The translations under genes and the position numbers were made by a program. A stretch of DNA of 64,000 nt from a plasmid: the NCBI RefSeq assembly GCF_055900595.2, contig NZ_JBVWEU010000002.1; one strand, given 5' to 3'. The notes beneath the pieces are model-generated. The model had not been told where the DNA came from, searched no databases, and saw nothing but the letters and a program-made list of their open reading frames with translations. Positions 32,601 through 43,104 of the stretch are shown here, piece by piece. Positions within the stretch are counted from its first letter, which is position 1, and each line of letters begins with the position of its first letter.

Positions 32601-34914
32601 TCTCCAGCTTCAGTGCCGTGAACGGTGAATCAGCCACAGGCAGGGTGGCCGGTTCAGCCCGCCCCGGCACAACAACCGTCATCGCATCTTCACTGACGGA
32701 TGCCACCTGCAGGCGGTCACCGCCGGAGACGCGGAGTCCGGGAATTTTCCCTGTCACCCTCAGACGCTCGCCGTCTGCCACCGGCATTTTTTCCGGCCGG
32801 AACAGCGACCAGCTGCTGTCCAGAGAAGAAATACGCACCACCTGCGTTTCACCCTGCGCATCCCGCAGGGTCAGGCTGTGACTCTGCGCCGTCACCCGGT
32901 CTATCACATAGCGGTCATGACTGCGTGTCTCCGGGTTCCACTGCTCCATCACCATTCCCGGGCGGTACATATCCCGCAGATAACGGCTCCGGCTGTCCAG
33001 CCAGACCGGTGACAGTGCCGTCATGGTCACCTCCTGATGTCCGAGCACGCCCTGTGTTTTCAGCTCACTGCGAATGGCCTGTGTCAGTATGGCCTGTTCC
33101 CGTACCCCGCTGACCTGTGCCACGCTCTCTTCTCCGGCTTTCACGCTGGCCGCAAAATCTCCTGCCAGCCGGGCATAGCGGACATTACGGTCCGGTTCAC
33201 TGATGATGGTGGCCGGTCGCTGTTCTCCCCCCTGCCAGCGATATGTGTTCACCCCGGCATCCTTCATGGCCATCAGCGCACTGCCTGTACCGGTTCGCTG
33301 CCCGCTGTCGGTTATCAGGACCTGTACGTTATGACGTGCGGCACCGTCCAGCAGGGTTAACGTCTCTTTCAGGGAGAGTTTTTCGCCCTGGTCAACGATA
33401 ACAGTACTGCCCGGCGTGAAGGCCATGCCTTCCAGCAACTGACGACGTCCGGTTATCAGCTCACCGGACAGCCGTTCATCCTGCTTCAGGTTCATCTGCG
33501 AGCGACGGTCAGCAGCGATAATCTGCACTTCCCGCCCCTGCTCCCGGGCCATCATGACCAGTTCAGCCACCCGCTCACGCTGCCCGGCTGCACCGCCCTG
33601 CCCGGACACAATGGCCAGCGACGGACGGTCCTGTGCCAGAACACTGACCGCATCGCTGTAACCAGCCGTCCGGGGGACACTTTTCTCCGGATGTACGGTC
33701 ACCCGGTTCTGTTTCATGATGTCACGACTGAGTGCCCGGACGGACAGCTCATCGAGCACATGAATTCCTGATGCGAACAGCCCCTTCTCACGGTCGAGGG
33801 GGATAAGCTGCTCACGACTGATGGTCTCATCGATACCGGCGCGTGCCCGTTCAATCACACCATTTTCCGGCGGCAGTATACCGACCGTTCTGGCCAGCAC
33901 GTCCGTGTACGTAAACTGCACTTTTCGTTCACTTAATCCGGCAATCGCCTGTGTCACCGCCTGCTGCACATCCGGCCCCTCCTGTGAAACAGCCCCGGGC
34001 GCCTGCGTGCGGGTCTCCGCACGCTGATCCGCCGCGTCACGATATGCCCGGATGTCGAACCCGGTTTCCTTCAGCGTCTGCATCCATTCAGCCATTCTGA
34101 CTTCAGGATCGACGTGCTGTTTGGATTTTCGCGTATCCAGTGCCGCCACATCCCGGGATTTCAGCGAGGCATCTTCCCCGACGGCCTCCCGGATTGCCTG
34201 TGAGCGTCCGGAAAAGGCCTCCACCGGTACGCCCGGCATCTCCCACATACCGTGCTTACCCACCACTTCGGTTTCATAGCCCAGCGCCTCAACCTGCTCT
34301 TTCAGTTTTTCCCGGTAGAGCCTGCCAAAGGCAATCTGATTAGCGTACACATTCTCAATGAACCCCGTTTTCCCCACTTTGTCACTGCTCAGTGTCTTCC
34401 ATTCGCCGTTATGCTGCGTGACATTAGCCACCACCGCATGCGTGTGTAACTGTGGTTCCTGATCGCGACTGGTGTCGTGGTTAAACAGTGCCATCACCAG
34501 ATTACCGGTCAGCACCGTTTCTGACTGTCCGTCCGTCATCACCCGTGTGGAGGCCAGCGCCTCCACCTGACGAACAGCAAAGTCCACGGCCTGGTTATGT
34601 GCATCAATCAGGCGCTTATCGCCACCTAACATGGCCATCATGGAGACACTTTTGGGGGCGGAGAAGGTCAGGTCGTAGCCGGGACGATGCCTGTTACTGC
34701 CATCCTGCATGCGGCTTAGATCCGCTCCGTCCGGCAGCCTTCCCTCCAGAAGACGGGTAAAAACATCCTTATCGACACTGCCCTGCAGTCCCAGCTGTTC
34801 AGCCCCCCTGCCGGCCCAGCGTTCTCCCATGCTGCCCAGCACATAGTAATTATCCTTGTCGGTATAATAGTTACCGGCACTTCCGGCCGATCTGACCTGC
34901 GCGATACTCATCAT
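29644..34914 (-). CDS. traI: TraI relaxase / DNA helicase I (1756 aa)
   Basis: [24 protein letters not shown], the His triad HDTSRDQEPQLHTHAVVAN and the helicase Walker A GYAGVGKT are present. It is near-identical to F TraI as recalled. Confidence 0.97.
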   Translation of the reverse strand: MMSIAQVRSAGSAGNYYTDKDNYYVLGSMGERWAGRGAEQLGLQGSVDKDVFTRLLEGRLPDGADLSRMQDGSNRHRPGYDLTFSAPKSVSMMAMLGGDKRLIDAHNQAVDFAVRQVEALASTRVMTDGQSETVLTGNLVMALFNHDTSRDQEPQLHTHAVVANVTQHNGEWKTLSSDKVGKTGFIENVYANQIAFGRLYREKLKEQVEALGYETEVVGKHGMWEMPGVPVEAFSGRSQAIREAVGEDASLKSRDVAALDTRKSKQHVDPEVRMAEWMQTLKETGFDIRAYRDAADQRAETRTQAPGAVSQEGPDVQQAVTQAIAGLSERKVQFTYTDVLARTVGILPPENGVIERARAGIDETISREQLIPLDREKGLFASGIHVLDELSVRALSRDIMKQNRVTVHPEKSVPRTAGYSDAVSVLAQDRPSLAIVSGQGGAAGQRERVAELVMMAREQGREVQIIAADRRSQMNLKQDERLSGELITGRRQLLEGMAFTPGSTVIVDQGEKLSLKETLTLLDGAARHNVQVLITDSGQRTGTGSALMAMKDAGVNTYRWQGGEQRPATIISEPDRNVRYARLAGDFAASVKAGEESVAQVSGVREQAILTQAIRSELKTQGVLGHQEVTMTALSPVWLDSRSRYLRDMYRPGMVMEQWNPETRSHDRYVIDRVTAQSHSLTLRDAQGETQVVRISSLDSSWSLFRPEKMPVADGERLRVTGKIPGLRVSGGDRLQVASVSEDAMTVVVPGRAEPATLPVADSPFTALKLENGWVETPGHSVSDSAKVFASVTQMAMDNATLNGLARSGRDVRLYSSLDETRTAEKLARHPSFTVVSEQIKARAGETLLETAISLQKAGLHTPAQQAIHLALPVLESKNLAFSMVDLLTEAKSFAAEGTSFIDLGGEINAQIKRGDLLYVDVAKGYGTGLLVSRASYEAEKSILRHILEGKEAVTPLMERVPGELMEKLTSGQRAATRMILETSDRFTVVQGYAGVGKTTQFRAVMSAVNMLPESERPRVVGLGPTHRAVGEMRSAGVDAQTLASFLHDTQMQQRSGETPDFSNTLFLLDESSMVGNTDMARAYALIAAGGGRAVASGDTDQLQAIAPGQPFRLQQTRSAADVVIMKEIVRQTPELREAVYSLINRDVERALSGLESVKPSQVPRLEGAWAPEHSVTEFSHSQEAKLAEAQQKAMLKGEAFPDIPMTLYEAIVRDYTGRTPEAREQTLIVTHLNEDRRVLNSMIHDAREKAGELGKEQVMVPVLNTANIRDGELRRLSTWETHRDALVLVDNAYHRIAGISKDDGLITLQDAEGNTRLISPREAVAEGVTLYTPDTIRVGTGDRMRFTKSDRERGYVANSVWTVTAVSGDSVTLSDGQQTRVIRPGQERAEQHIDLAYAITAHGAQGASETFAIALEGTEGNRKLMAGFESAYVALSRMKQHVQVYTDNRQGWTDAINNAVQKGTAHDVFEPKPDREVMNAERLFSTARELRDVAAGRAVLRQAGLAGGDSPARFIAPGRKYPQPYVALPAFDRNGKSAGIWLNPLTTDDGNGLRGFSGEGRVKGSGDAQFVALQGSRNGESLLADNMQDGVRIARDNPDSGVVVRIAGEGRPWNPGAITGGRVWGDIPDNSVQPGAGNGEPVTAEVLAQRQAEEAIRRETERRADEIVRKMAENKPDLPDGKTELAVREIAGQERDRAAITEREAALPESVLREPQREREAVREVARENLLQERLQQMERDMVRDLQKEKTLGGD

Positions 34915-37076
34915 CAGAAATCATCTCCCGGCTCAACATCCTCCCCGCGCTCCCGGTGCACATTAATGTTCACCTCTTCACGACGCTGCATCTGCTGCTG
35001 GATGTCCGGATGATTTTCCTGTTGCCATGCCTCATAAGCGGCCATATCCACCACTTCACCGGATTCACTGATCCCGGGTGGCAGTTGCTGTTCCATCTCT
35101 TCTTCCGGTTTCATTTTCAGCTCCTGCTCGATCCCCCCTGCCGGAACATTCACACCTGAATCTGACTTCTTATCGTTGATGGCAGGAGACACCGGCTGTT
35201 GCGGCTGTTGCGGCTGTTCAGCCTGAGTCACGTCTTCTCCGGAAACAACTTCCGGCACATCCGGTTCGAAGAGGCTGGCCATCTGACGACCTTCTGCTTC
35301 CCTTGCGGCAAGTACGGCACTCAGACGGTTCTCCATTTCCGGGTTGATGTCACGCGGAATAAACTCCGGAGCGACCTTCGGACGTGCCTGATATTTCAGT
35401 GAGAGTTTTACTGCCGGATACGGTCCGGGCAGGGTGACATAACAGGTCAAATCCGGCAGAGACTGAATGTCAGAATAACTGACCAGCGTCTGGCGCTCCA
35501 TATCCTTACCGGTCGATACCCCGTCACGTACCGGATCAGCACCGTAGGAGTACTGCTCGCTGGCTTTCAGGTGCTCTTTCTCACCAATCTCACCGGCAGC
35601 GAACTCTGCAATCTTATGGCTGGGAGAACGGAAAAAGGCACGGGTGTTCATGACGTCAAACAGCGTGGCAGCCGCTTTCTCACCGTAGATATCTTCCAGC
35701 TGGGCATAGGACTGGATACCAAACACATAACAGCCACCGAACTTACGGGCTTCCGGCAGGATCTCCACCAGGTCCGGCAGTTTGTGTAACGTGGGTAGCT
35801 CATCACAGAAAAACCACACACGACGGTTACGGTTTTCTCCCATTGCCAGCAGACCACGAATGGCAATGGACAGCCACATGGAGATCACCGGCTTCAGGGA
35901 GGCATGGGTGTCGGCATTCGACGAGATAAACAGCCAGCCGTTTTTCTGATCTTCCCGGACACCCCGCATCCAGTCACGGATGGTAAAAGACTCACCGTTA
36001 TGCTCAATCCCCTGCAGGTAACGGATGGCTTTCACGTAGTTGGTCAGCACAGCACGGATGGAAATCGCCGTTTTCTCAATTTTCTCTTCCACCAGGTTGG
36101 CCGCCGGTGAATTACGCAGGAAGGTACGCAGTTTTTCGATTTTGATGGAAAGCAGTGTGTCCACCAGTTTGCTGTAGCTGCGGTTGGGGTCATTACGCAT
36201 CAGGTACGCCGCTTCCGCAAAAATGGTACGTCCTGAACCCTGCCAGAACGGGTCCTCTTTTGTGCCCATCGGGATCAGGGTATTTGCCGTATTATCAAAA
36301 TCCGGCTGTGTCAGACACTCCTTCCATAAATCCCAGGCGGCACAGCGGGCATCCAGCGGATTCAGGATCTTATCGATGGAGGGATCATAGTAACTTTTAA
36401 CAAATTCCCCTGAACGGTCATAAATCACCACCATATCACCGCGCTGACGGGCGTAGTTGGCCAGACGACGGATAACTTCCGACTTACCGGCCCCGACCGT
36501 GCCGTGCAGACAGAAGTTCTGGATTTCAGAATCCCGGATAATCGGCAGGTCGCCAATCCGGATATCGGAGTCCTTGCCGTCTTTTTTCAGCATCCGGGCA
36601 ACGTCTTTCGGATTGTCTGTCAGCTGACGACCACCTGTGACTTCATTTTCGCTCTGTTGTTTACCCTGACGCCCCAGAATCCAGGAGACAACAAAGAAGG
36701 TAATCAGGCAAATAACCAGTGCCACAACTGTGGCCAGAACGAATGCGGACCATAGCTGCTCTCCGCACCAGATCATATATTTATCATGCAGTACCTGAGC
36801 AGCATTCATCCGGAAGGTTTTGCCGTAATACTGGATCTCATAGACCGGCTGGGACTTGATTAAATCCCGCATGCCTTCCAGCGTGGTACACCACCAGTAA
36901 ATACAGCCGTTCACAAACGTCTGCCAGCTTATTTTTACCCATAAAACCAGACCAACGAGTATCCAGAAAAAAATAAACAGGCAGTAAAGCATGATATTGG
37001 CGATCTGGCTGAACATGCGGATACGCATGGACGCAATCTGACCGCCCTGGGTCATATCCTTTGCGTTAAAACTCAT
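34914..37076 (-). CDS. traD: TraD type IV coupling protein
   Basis: 720 aa, two N-terminal TM segments, Walker A GTVGAGKS, and a C-terminal QPQQPQQP repeat. Confidence 0.96.
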   Translation of the reverse strand: MSFNAKDMTQGGQIASMRIRMFSQIANIMLYCLFIFFWILVGLVLWVKISWQTFVNGCIYWWCTTLEGMRDLIKSQPVYEIQYYGKTFRMNAAQVLHDKYMIWCGEQLWSAFVLATVVALVICLITFFVVSWILGRQGKQQSENEVTGGRQLTDNPKDVARMLKKDGKDSDIRIGDLPIIRDSEIQNFCLHGTVGAGKSEVIRRLANYARQRGDMVVIYDRSGEFVKSYYDPSIDKILNPLDARCAAWDLWKECLTQPDFDNTANTLIPMGTKEDPFWQGSGRTIFAEAAYLMRNDPNRSYSKLVDTLLSIKIEKLRTFLRNSPAANLVEEKIEKTAISIRAVLTNYVKAIRYLQGIEHNGESFTIRDWMRGVREDQKNGWLFISSNADTHASLKPVISMWLSIAIRGLLAMGENRNRRVWFFCDELPTLHKLPDLVEILPEARKFGGCYVFGIQSYAQLEDIYGEKAAATLFDVMNTRAFFRSPSHKIAEFAAGEIGEKEHLKASEQYSYGADPVRDGVSTGKDMERQTLVSYSDIQSLPDLTCYVTLPGPYPAVKLSLKYQARPKVAPEFIPRDINPEMENRLSAVLAAREAEGRQMASLFEPDVPEVVSGEDVTQAEQPQQPQQPVSPAINDKKSDSGVNVPAGGIEQELKMKPEEEMEQQLPPGISESGEVVDMAAYEAWQQENHPDIQQQMQRREEVNINVHRERGEDVEPGDDF

Positions 37077-37221
37077 GATGATATTCCGAAGAAAAAAAGT
37101 TAGTCGGACTGATTATTAATGATGAAAAGATTAATAACCGTTAAATTCCGGCTTCGCCGGCAACACTTCACGGTCGCACAAAGAATTTGCACAACCGCTC
37201 AGTGTTTTCATATTTATTTCG

Positions 37222-37293
37222 GAAACGCCGGGGAGAAATAAAATTTATTTTATTTCTTTCCGGGGTTGGACAACGAGCAAAGCGAGGCGTCAG
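37222..37293. repeat. Copy 2 of the ~75-bp structured repeat (partner at 26342-26416)
   Basis: GAAACGCCGGGGAG-[AGAAATAAAA-TTTA-TTTTATTTCT]-TTCCGGGGTTGGACAACGAGCAAAGCGAGGCGTCAG, 36 nt downstream of the traT stop. Confidence 0.7.
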
Positions 37294-37328
37294 TCAGGAG
37301 GCCGGTCAGACCAGCCTCCGGAAGATAA

Positions 37329-38060
37329 TCAGAGAATATTTGCGATTGATTTGGCCAGCTGGTCTTCGAGAACAGGCTTCGCCTCTTCAAATTTCAGGTT
37401 AACCTTGTTCGCATTTGAGACCACACGGGTCTGGTATTTATGCTGGTTACCTGTTTCAGTACTGGTCTGAATTTTCGCACCTGATGTGCCCTGACGCAGG
37501 GCGGCTACATTGTCCGTTGTCACCGTTGCCTTAGTACGCTCTGCAATCTGCACATCCGTGATCATGGTATAGTTCACATCTTCCACCATCGCATCTGCAG
37601 CCATACCCACCAGACCGGCAGCAAGGCCCACACCGAGTGTGGCACCGGCAGAACTGGAATTATATCCGGTGATACCGGCACCTAACGCTGCACCAACTGC
37701 TGCGCCTTCATAACCACGGTTCAGCCATCCCTGAGACTCCCGCAGATCCATCTTATCGGCCTTCAGCACATTCGCCTGAATCCAGTAGTAGGCTTTATCC
37801 GGAGAAGTCACCACCTGATACCCTTTTGCTTTCACAGCATCAGCAATTTTGCCCTGCAGCCCACTCATGTCTTTATCAGACGTGTTTTTGATCTGCAGAA
37901 ATACCGTGCGTTCGCTGGCGGGTTCAAGCCAGATGGTCTCACTCATCTGAGTCTTCACCTCAAGGTTACGCTTCTTGATTGCTGTGCTCATCGCACCACA
38001 CCCTGAAACGGCCAGAGTGGAACTGACCAGTGCAACCATCATCAATTTTTTTGTTTTCAT
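37329..38060 (-). CDS. traT: TraT surface-exclusion / serum-resistance lipoprotein
   Basis: [21 protein letters not shown] lipobox; 243 aa. The upstream extension to 38159 is rejected. Confidence 0.95.
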   Translation of the reverse strand: MKTKKLMMVALVSSTLAVSGCGAMSTAIKKRNLEVKTQMSETIWLEPASERTVFLQIKNTSDKDMSGLQGKIADAVKAKGYQVVTSPDKAYYWIQANVLKADKMDLRESQGWLNRGYEGAAVGAALGAGITGYNSSSAGATLGVGLAAGLVGMAADAMVEDVNYTMITDVQIAERTKATVTTDNVAALRQGTSGAKIQTSTETGNQHKYQTRVVSNANKVNLKFEEAKPVLEDQLAKSIANIL

Positions 38061-38091
38061 CAAATTACCTTTATTACAAACCACAGTTTTC

Positions 38092-38589
38092 TTATCGCCT
38101 GTCATCATAGTCCTGCCAACAAGTCCCAAAAGTATTTCCTGCTGAATCAAATCCTCCATGCATAGCTAATCCTGTTGCCGGATTAGTACGATAAAAATCC
38201 ACATAATCAAAATTCACATCATCAAAATCCAGATGCAAATCTTCATTAGTTTGTTCATTTACCTGAGATTGCATCCATTCTCTTACACTTACACAACCAC
38301 TAATTCGCCTTAATTCGTATAGTGTACCAATGATAAAAACCATCAGGCTTAATAACGGAGAGAGTAAGGAAGATACTGGCATCAGTATATACCAAACGCC
38401 TTTACTGAATTTAAACTCATCCGACACATGCCGTTTTTTTCGTATTTGAGAAAATAACCATATAAACAATCCCTGCCATAGTACAATAAAGCACAGGATA
38501 AAAACTGTTTCGGCACTCCCCCAATCAGCCAGATAACAGGCAATGAACTGTATCACCGTCACCAGAGCAATATGAGCTAAATTTTTCAT
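38092..38589 (-). CDS. traS: TraS entry-exclusion inner-membrane protein
   Basis: Hydrophobic protein in the traG-traT slot. The ATG at 38589 has a GGGGAG SD 6 nt upstream. Alternative starts are at 38595 and 38607. Confidence 0.85.
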   Translation of the reverse strand: MKNLAHIALVTVIQFIACYLADWGSAETVFILCFIVLWQGLFIWLFSQIRKKRHVSDEFKFSKGVWYILMPVSSLLSPLLSLMVFIIGTLYELRRISGCVSVREWMQSQVNEQTNEDLHLDFDDVNFDYVDFYRTNPATGLAMHGGFDSAGNTFGTCWQDYDDRR

Positions 38590-38609
38590 TATCATCTCCC
38601 CATACAATA

Positions 38610-41432
38610 TTATTGCTTGTGCTTATCCTGATACTCCTTTGCTCTTTTCATCAGTTCCTGTGGACTGTCAGCCCCGGGCATTCTTTCCTGACCCGATTTT
38701 TCTTCATTATATTTATTATTCTGAGATAATGCCTCTGTTTTATGGTGATTTTGTAGTTCAGAATACTGTCTTCCTACAATATTTTCTTCGCCACGTATGC
38801 TGCTCTGAGTATCTCCGATATTGCCTCTGTATTCTGTGACCATATTATCAACCTGATGTTTTACATCATTACGGATATTACTGTCCTGCGTTCTTTGCTC
38901 AATAATGGCCTGATGCCCCTGATGATCAGCAATAATATCCTGGCTGCCACCCCCCGAAGGTACGCTCTCCATTCCTTTACCGATGTCCCCACGGGATTCA
39001 CGCCAGGCATTATCAACACCAGGCTGCACCTGTTCCTGAACAAAAGACCACGCCATAGCCCGACGGCGTTCTGCAATCTCCGGGGAACTGGTGTTTGTCA
39101 GAATAGCTTCGGCATCCTGCGGCGCGTGTTTCATCACATACTGTGCAAACTGTTGCGACAGGTCTTCACTCATCTGCCCACTCATGCTTTCAGTACGGGA
39201 TGCCATTTCAGCATATTCATGGCTGCGGGTCATATTCGTCGTGTACTGGTCGTAACTCTGTTTTGCTGAGTTCAGGGCTGCAGACAGCTGGTCCACACGG
39301 GAATCGGCATTATTGTCCGTATGGCTGCCGGATTCACTGACCTTGCGACTGGTAAAGTAATCGCTGGCCTCTTTAAAGTCTTGTGTAGCCCTGGCATCGA
39401 TATCATGGCGAGCATCATGGCTGGCCCGTGAACCACTGCTGGCCTGATGCGCATCCTCATCACTCCAGTCAATACTTGCCCGACCACCACCTCTAACACC
39501 TACGCCACCACCAACACCAAGAATTTTAGGTTTAACCCCCCATTCAGCATGAGCATCGCCATACATCCCCGCAGAACCTCTCGTACTTCTTGATGCCAGT
39601 TCTCTTGTCGCCTGCTCATTACTGATATTATGCGCCTTCGCATAGCTTTCCACTGCGCTGCGCATACGGCTGGCCATCATGGAGTCCTGTGCACTCATCG
39701 TGCTGTCAGCACCACCGGTGACAGAATCACTGCTCCCCCGGTTAGAACCAAACTGACTGAGCGAGTTCCAGGCACTGGCAATACTGCTGCTGAACCCATG
39801 CAGGGCGCTTTCTGCTCTGTTCGACGCCTCCCGGGCCATTTCCTGTTGTGCCGCCGCAATCTGACGCGTTGCATTGATACCGACCGGTAAACGGGACATC
39901 GCCCCGCTCGCATCCATCACCATATTACCGTCACGGGTCTGTGTGGCGGTTGCGCCACTGCCGGTCTGGTACATCATCTGACCAAACGACGTGGTGCTGT
40001 TGGTGCTCCAGCTGAATCCGTTCACGTTTTCCGTCTGCATGTTGCCGTAGGAGTAATTACCGTCAACCACACTACCTGCCGCACTGGCAGTCGGGCTGAT
40101 AGCAGAGGAAGCGAAATGGCTGTACACACTGGAAAATCCGGCCCCGAGTCCCCTGACCATCATCCAGGATAATGGCGGGATCATCATGGAAAGATACCCG
40201 GCAGTGGAAGCCAGATCGGAGTATTTCAGCTGTATCTGTGAAATTTCCGAGAGCACCACCGGTGCACCATTCTGCTTCGCATAAAATGTCATGGCGCTGT
40301 TCAGAATGGCGTACAACATTGGCCATGACTGCAACCACATCAGGGCAAACACATAGCCTTTCAGGACGGACAGCGTCAGTTTGTTGAAGACAGCCGCCAG
40401 TACCAGAAGCGGGAAAATACCGATGGCGATCCCCGTCAGGATGGTCTGCGTCATGGGCAGTGTCCGCATCGCCACATGACCGATGGAGACATGTGCCAGA
40501 CGTTGCTTCTCCATCGATGACGTGGTGGCCAGATTCACCAGGCTGGCTGAATCACCATTACGCGCGGCATAACTGGTGATCCCCTCCTTCAGCGCATTGA
40601 TGGTGACATTCTGGCGGATGATCTGGCTGGCTGATTTACTTGAGCCATAGAAGTAACTGTAACTGTCGCCAATCAGCGTACTGAACAACAGGTTCGGATC
40701 AGGGCGTCCACCAAATAGCTGCTGGGCATAATAATGCCAGGTTTTTCCGCCACTCTGTGTATCCAGATTCAGCTTGTCTTTCAGCGAAACCGACGCGTCC
40801 TTACAGGTCACGAAATTATTATTGCTGTCATAAACGCCCCGTAGCGGACTGGGGCGGGAAAAAATCAGCGTGTAGGGATCAGCGGAGGCCATCAGCTCCT
40901 CCAGCGTGTATTTGTGGTTCAGGTAAATATCCCCCATCACGCAGTTCTGCACATAATCCTGGAAAAGATTGGCGATTTCCGGATTGCGGGACAAAAAGTC
41001 GGTGCTTTTTGATACCAGTTCTGCGCCAAACAGCATCCCCGTTTTGCTGTAGGTGACACTGTCCGGTTGCGTGAAGATCATCTCGTAACTGGCCACCATT
41101 GCATGCCCGATACGGGTCGTCAGTGAAAGTGGCATCGCCAGTCCGACCGGCACATTATCCACCCGGTGAACTTTGACCAGGTCACTGTTATCAATAATCT
41201 GCACCGATGTGCGGACATTAACCAGCAGGCTGATAAGCACAAACACGGCCACCCAGCCCAGCAAATCCATCACGTTGTGCCGCTGTACCCACATTACGGC
41301 CACCGCGAGAACAGACAATGTGAGCGCAATTTTTTCAATGGAATCCCACGTCCGGGTCCCCATAAAGGCGGCAATGGCATTCAGGTTATTCCGCAACCAC
41401 TCACCACCGGCAATCACATAAACTTCATTCAC
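38610..41432 (-). CDS. traG: TraG mating-pair stabilisation / pilus assembly protein
   Basis: 940 aa with an N-terminal polytopic domain; position and sequence are as in F. Confidence 0.96.
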   Translation of the reverse strand: MNEVYVIAGGEWLRNNLNAIAAFMGTRTWDSIEKIALTLSVLAVAVMWVQRHNVMDLLGWVAVFVLISLLVNVRTSVQIIDNSDLVKVHRVDNVPVGLAMPLSLTTRIGHAMVASYEMIFTQPDSVTYSKTGMLFGAELVSKSTDFLSRNPEIANLFQDYVQNCVMGDIYLNHKYTLEELMASADPYTLIFSRPSPLRGVYDSNNNFVTCKDASVSLKDKLNLDTQSGGKTWHYYAQQLFGGRPDPNLLFSTLIGDSYSYFYGSSKSASQIIRQNVTINALKEGITSYAARNGDSASLVNLATTSSMEKQRLAHVSIGHVAMRTLPMTQTILTGIAIGIFPLLVLAAVFNKLTLSVLKGYVFALMWLQSWPMLYAILNSAMTFYAKQNGAPVVLSEISQIQLKYSDLASTAGYLSMMIPPLSWMMVRGLGAGFSSVYSHFASSAISPTASAAGSVVDGNYSYGNMQTENVNGFSWSTNSTTSFGQMMYQTGSGATATQTRDGNMVMDASGAMSRLPVGINATRQIAAAQQEMAREASNRAESALHGFSSSIASAWNSLSQFGSNRGSSDSVTGGADSTMSAQDSMMASRMRSAVESYAKAHNISNEQATRELASRSTRGSAGMYGDAHAEWGVKPKILGVGGGVGVRGGGRASIDWSDEDAHQASSGSRASHDARHDIDARATQDFKEASDYFTSRKVSESGSHTDNNADSRVDQLSAALNSAKQSYDQYTTNMTRSHEYAEMASRTESMSGQMSEDLSQQFAQYVMKHAPQDAEAILTNTSSPEIAERRRAMAWSFVQEQVQPGVDNAWRESRGDIGKGMESVPSGGGSQDIIADHQGHQAIIEQRTQDSNIRNDVKHQVDNMVTEYRGNIGDTQSSIRGEENIVGRQYSELQNHHKTEALSQNNKYNEEKSGQERMPGADSPQELMKRAKEYQDKHKQ

Positions 41433-42805
41433 AGCGTGCTCCCTCCGAAGTGATAGTTGTTCTGGTAACGACTGAGCATGCGGGCGGAAAGCTGCTGACG
41501 CATGTAGCTCATCTGACGATCGACGACCAGCAGCGCATCCTGCTGTACCTGCACCTGTGACTGAAACGCCGCAATCTGCCGGGTGGCATCATTCATGTTG
41601 TCGTTAATATGTTCGATAACTGCTTCGTCATAATTTCCTGTGGCCACCATCGCCCGGGCCTGCTGTATCAGCTCCTGAATGTACTGCAGCAGGATGTCGT
41701 AACCGATATAGTCCGTCAGCTGGTAAATCATACTGTTGGAAACACCGAGCATTTGCGGGTCAACCAGGTATTTGAAGACGGGGATGGTGGTACTGGAAAT
41801 AAAGCCTTTTTCCTTGTCATCCAGAGGCGTGTCACTGACCGCCTTGTTCTGAATGCTGGCCAGAAGTTTAGTAATCTGAGACTTCAGTGCATTATCCCGG
41901 CTGATGGTCACCGGTGTGTCTGCCACCACTTTCAGGCATTTATCAGAATCGTTGCAGTGATAAATTTTTGCTGTGCCGCCTTCCATCATGACCCGGATAA
42001 TTGAGCGGTCAGTGGTTCTGGCTGACAAGGGTGTGATTTCGCCGTTAGGACCAAACACCAGTGAGCCGGTCAACGTCATCACAAACTCTTTCAGCTCTTT
42101 GTTGCCGTCAAACATTCTGTTTTTGGAAAGCGCATTCCACATGATGTTGATGTTTTTGGTCACCCGCTCCTTATCCTTGTCGCTGGCTTTATCCCTGACA
42201 CTGTCAGATTTCCCGCCAACGGTACATCCCTGCCGGGAAGCCGCCCAGTCAGCAAAAATATTGCTCTCACCGGCAATGTCCTGACAGACTTTCTGCTGGG
42301 ACACCTGCGTCCGGGGGAAAAGCCCGCCGATAATCCCCTGTGCCGCCTGGCAGGAACTGAGGTTCATACTGTTAATGTCGCTTGCCATTTTCTGCAGGAA
42401 GTCTTTTGCGGTTTTGATTTCCGGCACCGTTGTCTGCAGGGCAAGGTCAAAAAAGTAACCGGCAGCATTGCTCATAATCTGCTTAACAAAACGCTGCAGC
42501 TGCTCGCCATTAATAAAACTGAACGAGCCGAGATAAGCGTCGATGCCGCCACATCCGGCATTGATATCCGGCAGCGTCATGGAAATCAGCTGAACATTTT
42601 TGACCTGAGTACGGGCATACAGGGAGCCACCGTAAGCATAACCGGCGGCCTGCCCCTGCCAGACGCCCGGCTGTGTGGTATTGGAGGCGAAGCCCAGCTT
42701 GTTAAAGAACTGATTCATGTCGCTGTTCACATCCGCTGACGCTGCGGGTGTGACCGTCAGTAAAGCAGCACAAAGAACCAGAAGAGGTTTAATGCGTGGC
42801 ATCAT
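41429..42805 (-). CDS. traH: TraH pilus assembly protein
   Basis: 458 aa with a signal peptide; recognised as F TraH. Confidence 0.96.
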   Translation of the reverse strand: MMPRIKPLLVLCAALLTVTPAASADVNSDMNQFFNKLGFASNTTQPGVWQGQAAGYAYGGSLYARTQVKNVQLISMTLPDINAGCGGIDAYLGSFSFINGEQLQRFVKQIMSNAAGYFFDLALQTTVPEIKTAKDFLQKMASDINSMNLSSCQAAQGIIGGLFPRTQVSQQKVCQDIAGESNIFADWAASRQGCTVGGKSDSVRDKASDKDKERVTKNINIMWNALSKNRMFDGNKELKEFVMTLTGSLVFGPNGEITPLSARTTDRSIIRVMMEGGTAKIYHCNDSDKCLKVVADTPVTISRDNALKSQITKLLASIQNKAVSDTPLDDKEKGFISSTTIPVFKYLVDPQMLGVSNSMIYQLTDYIGYDILLQYIQELIQQARAMVATGNYDEAVIEHINDNMNDATRQIAAFQSQVQVQQDALLVVDRQMSYMRQQLSARMLSRYQNNYHFGGSTL

Positions 42806-43104
42806 TCTTGCCCTCCCTTAATTTGTTCTCCCGGCGCATACGACATTTCAGCAGGAATATCCCGATATTTCCGTCCAGTCCTGCGGCTGTAATATATTTC
42901 AGACACCGAAATCCATCCCACAATTGCCCCCACAAAAAACACAACAGAAACAGAAAAGGTAAGGCACAGCGAAACGACAATTTCTACAGGGCTGGCGGGA
43001 TAAAAAAGCCCCTGATGGATAAAGGGGATATTCAGGCTGACGATTATTCCCGTCGCGATGCCGGATATTCCGGCAATGAGTAACACCACCTGCTTATTTC
43101 GCAC
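42802..43104 (-). CDS. TrbJ/TrbF-slot small inner-membrane transfer protein (100 aa from the GTG; the ORF extends to the ATG at 43197)
   Basis: The GTG at 43104 has a GGAGG SD 8 nt upstream and overlaps the trbB stop (GTGCGAAATAA). Three hydrophobic segments. Only one gene fits between trbB and traH here. Confidence 0.7.
   Translation of the reverse strand: MRNKQVVLLIAGISGIATGIIVSLNIPFIHQGLFYPASPVEIVVSLCLTFSVSVVFFVGAIVGWISVSEIYYSRRTGRKYRDIPAEMSYAPGEQIKGGQE

Noticed and set aside
35194-35219. Tandem GGCTGTTGC repeats encoding QPQQPQQP in TraD
   Set aside because: This is the known variable Gln/Pro repeat of the TraD C-terminal region in F-like plasmids, not a novel repeat.
42789-42980. 63-aa ORF overlapping the TrbJ/TrbF-slot gene in another frame
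   Set aside because: It is fully nested in a better-supported membrane-protein ORF on the same strand and has no ribosome-binding site.
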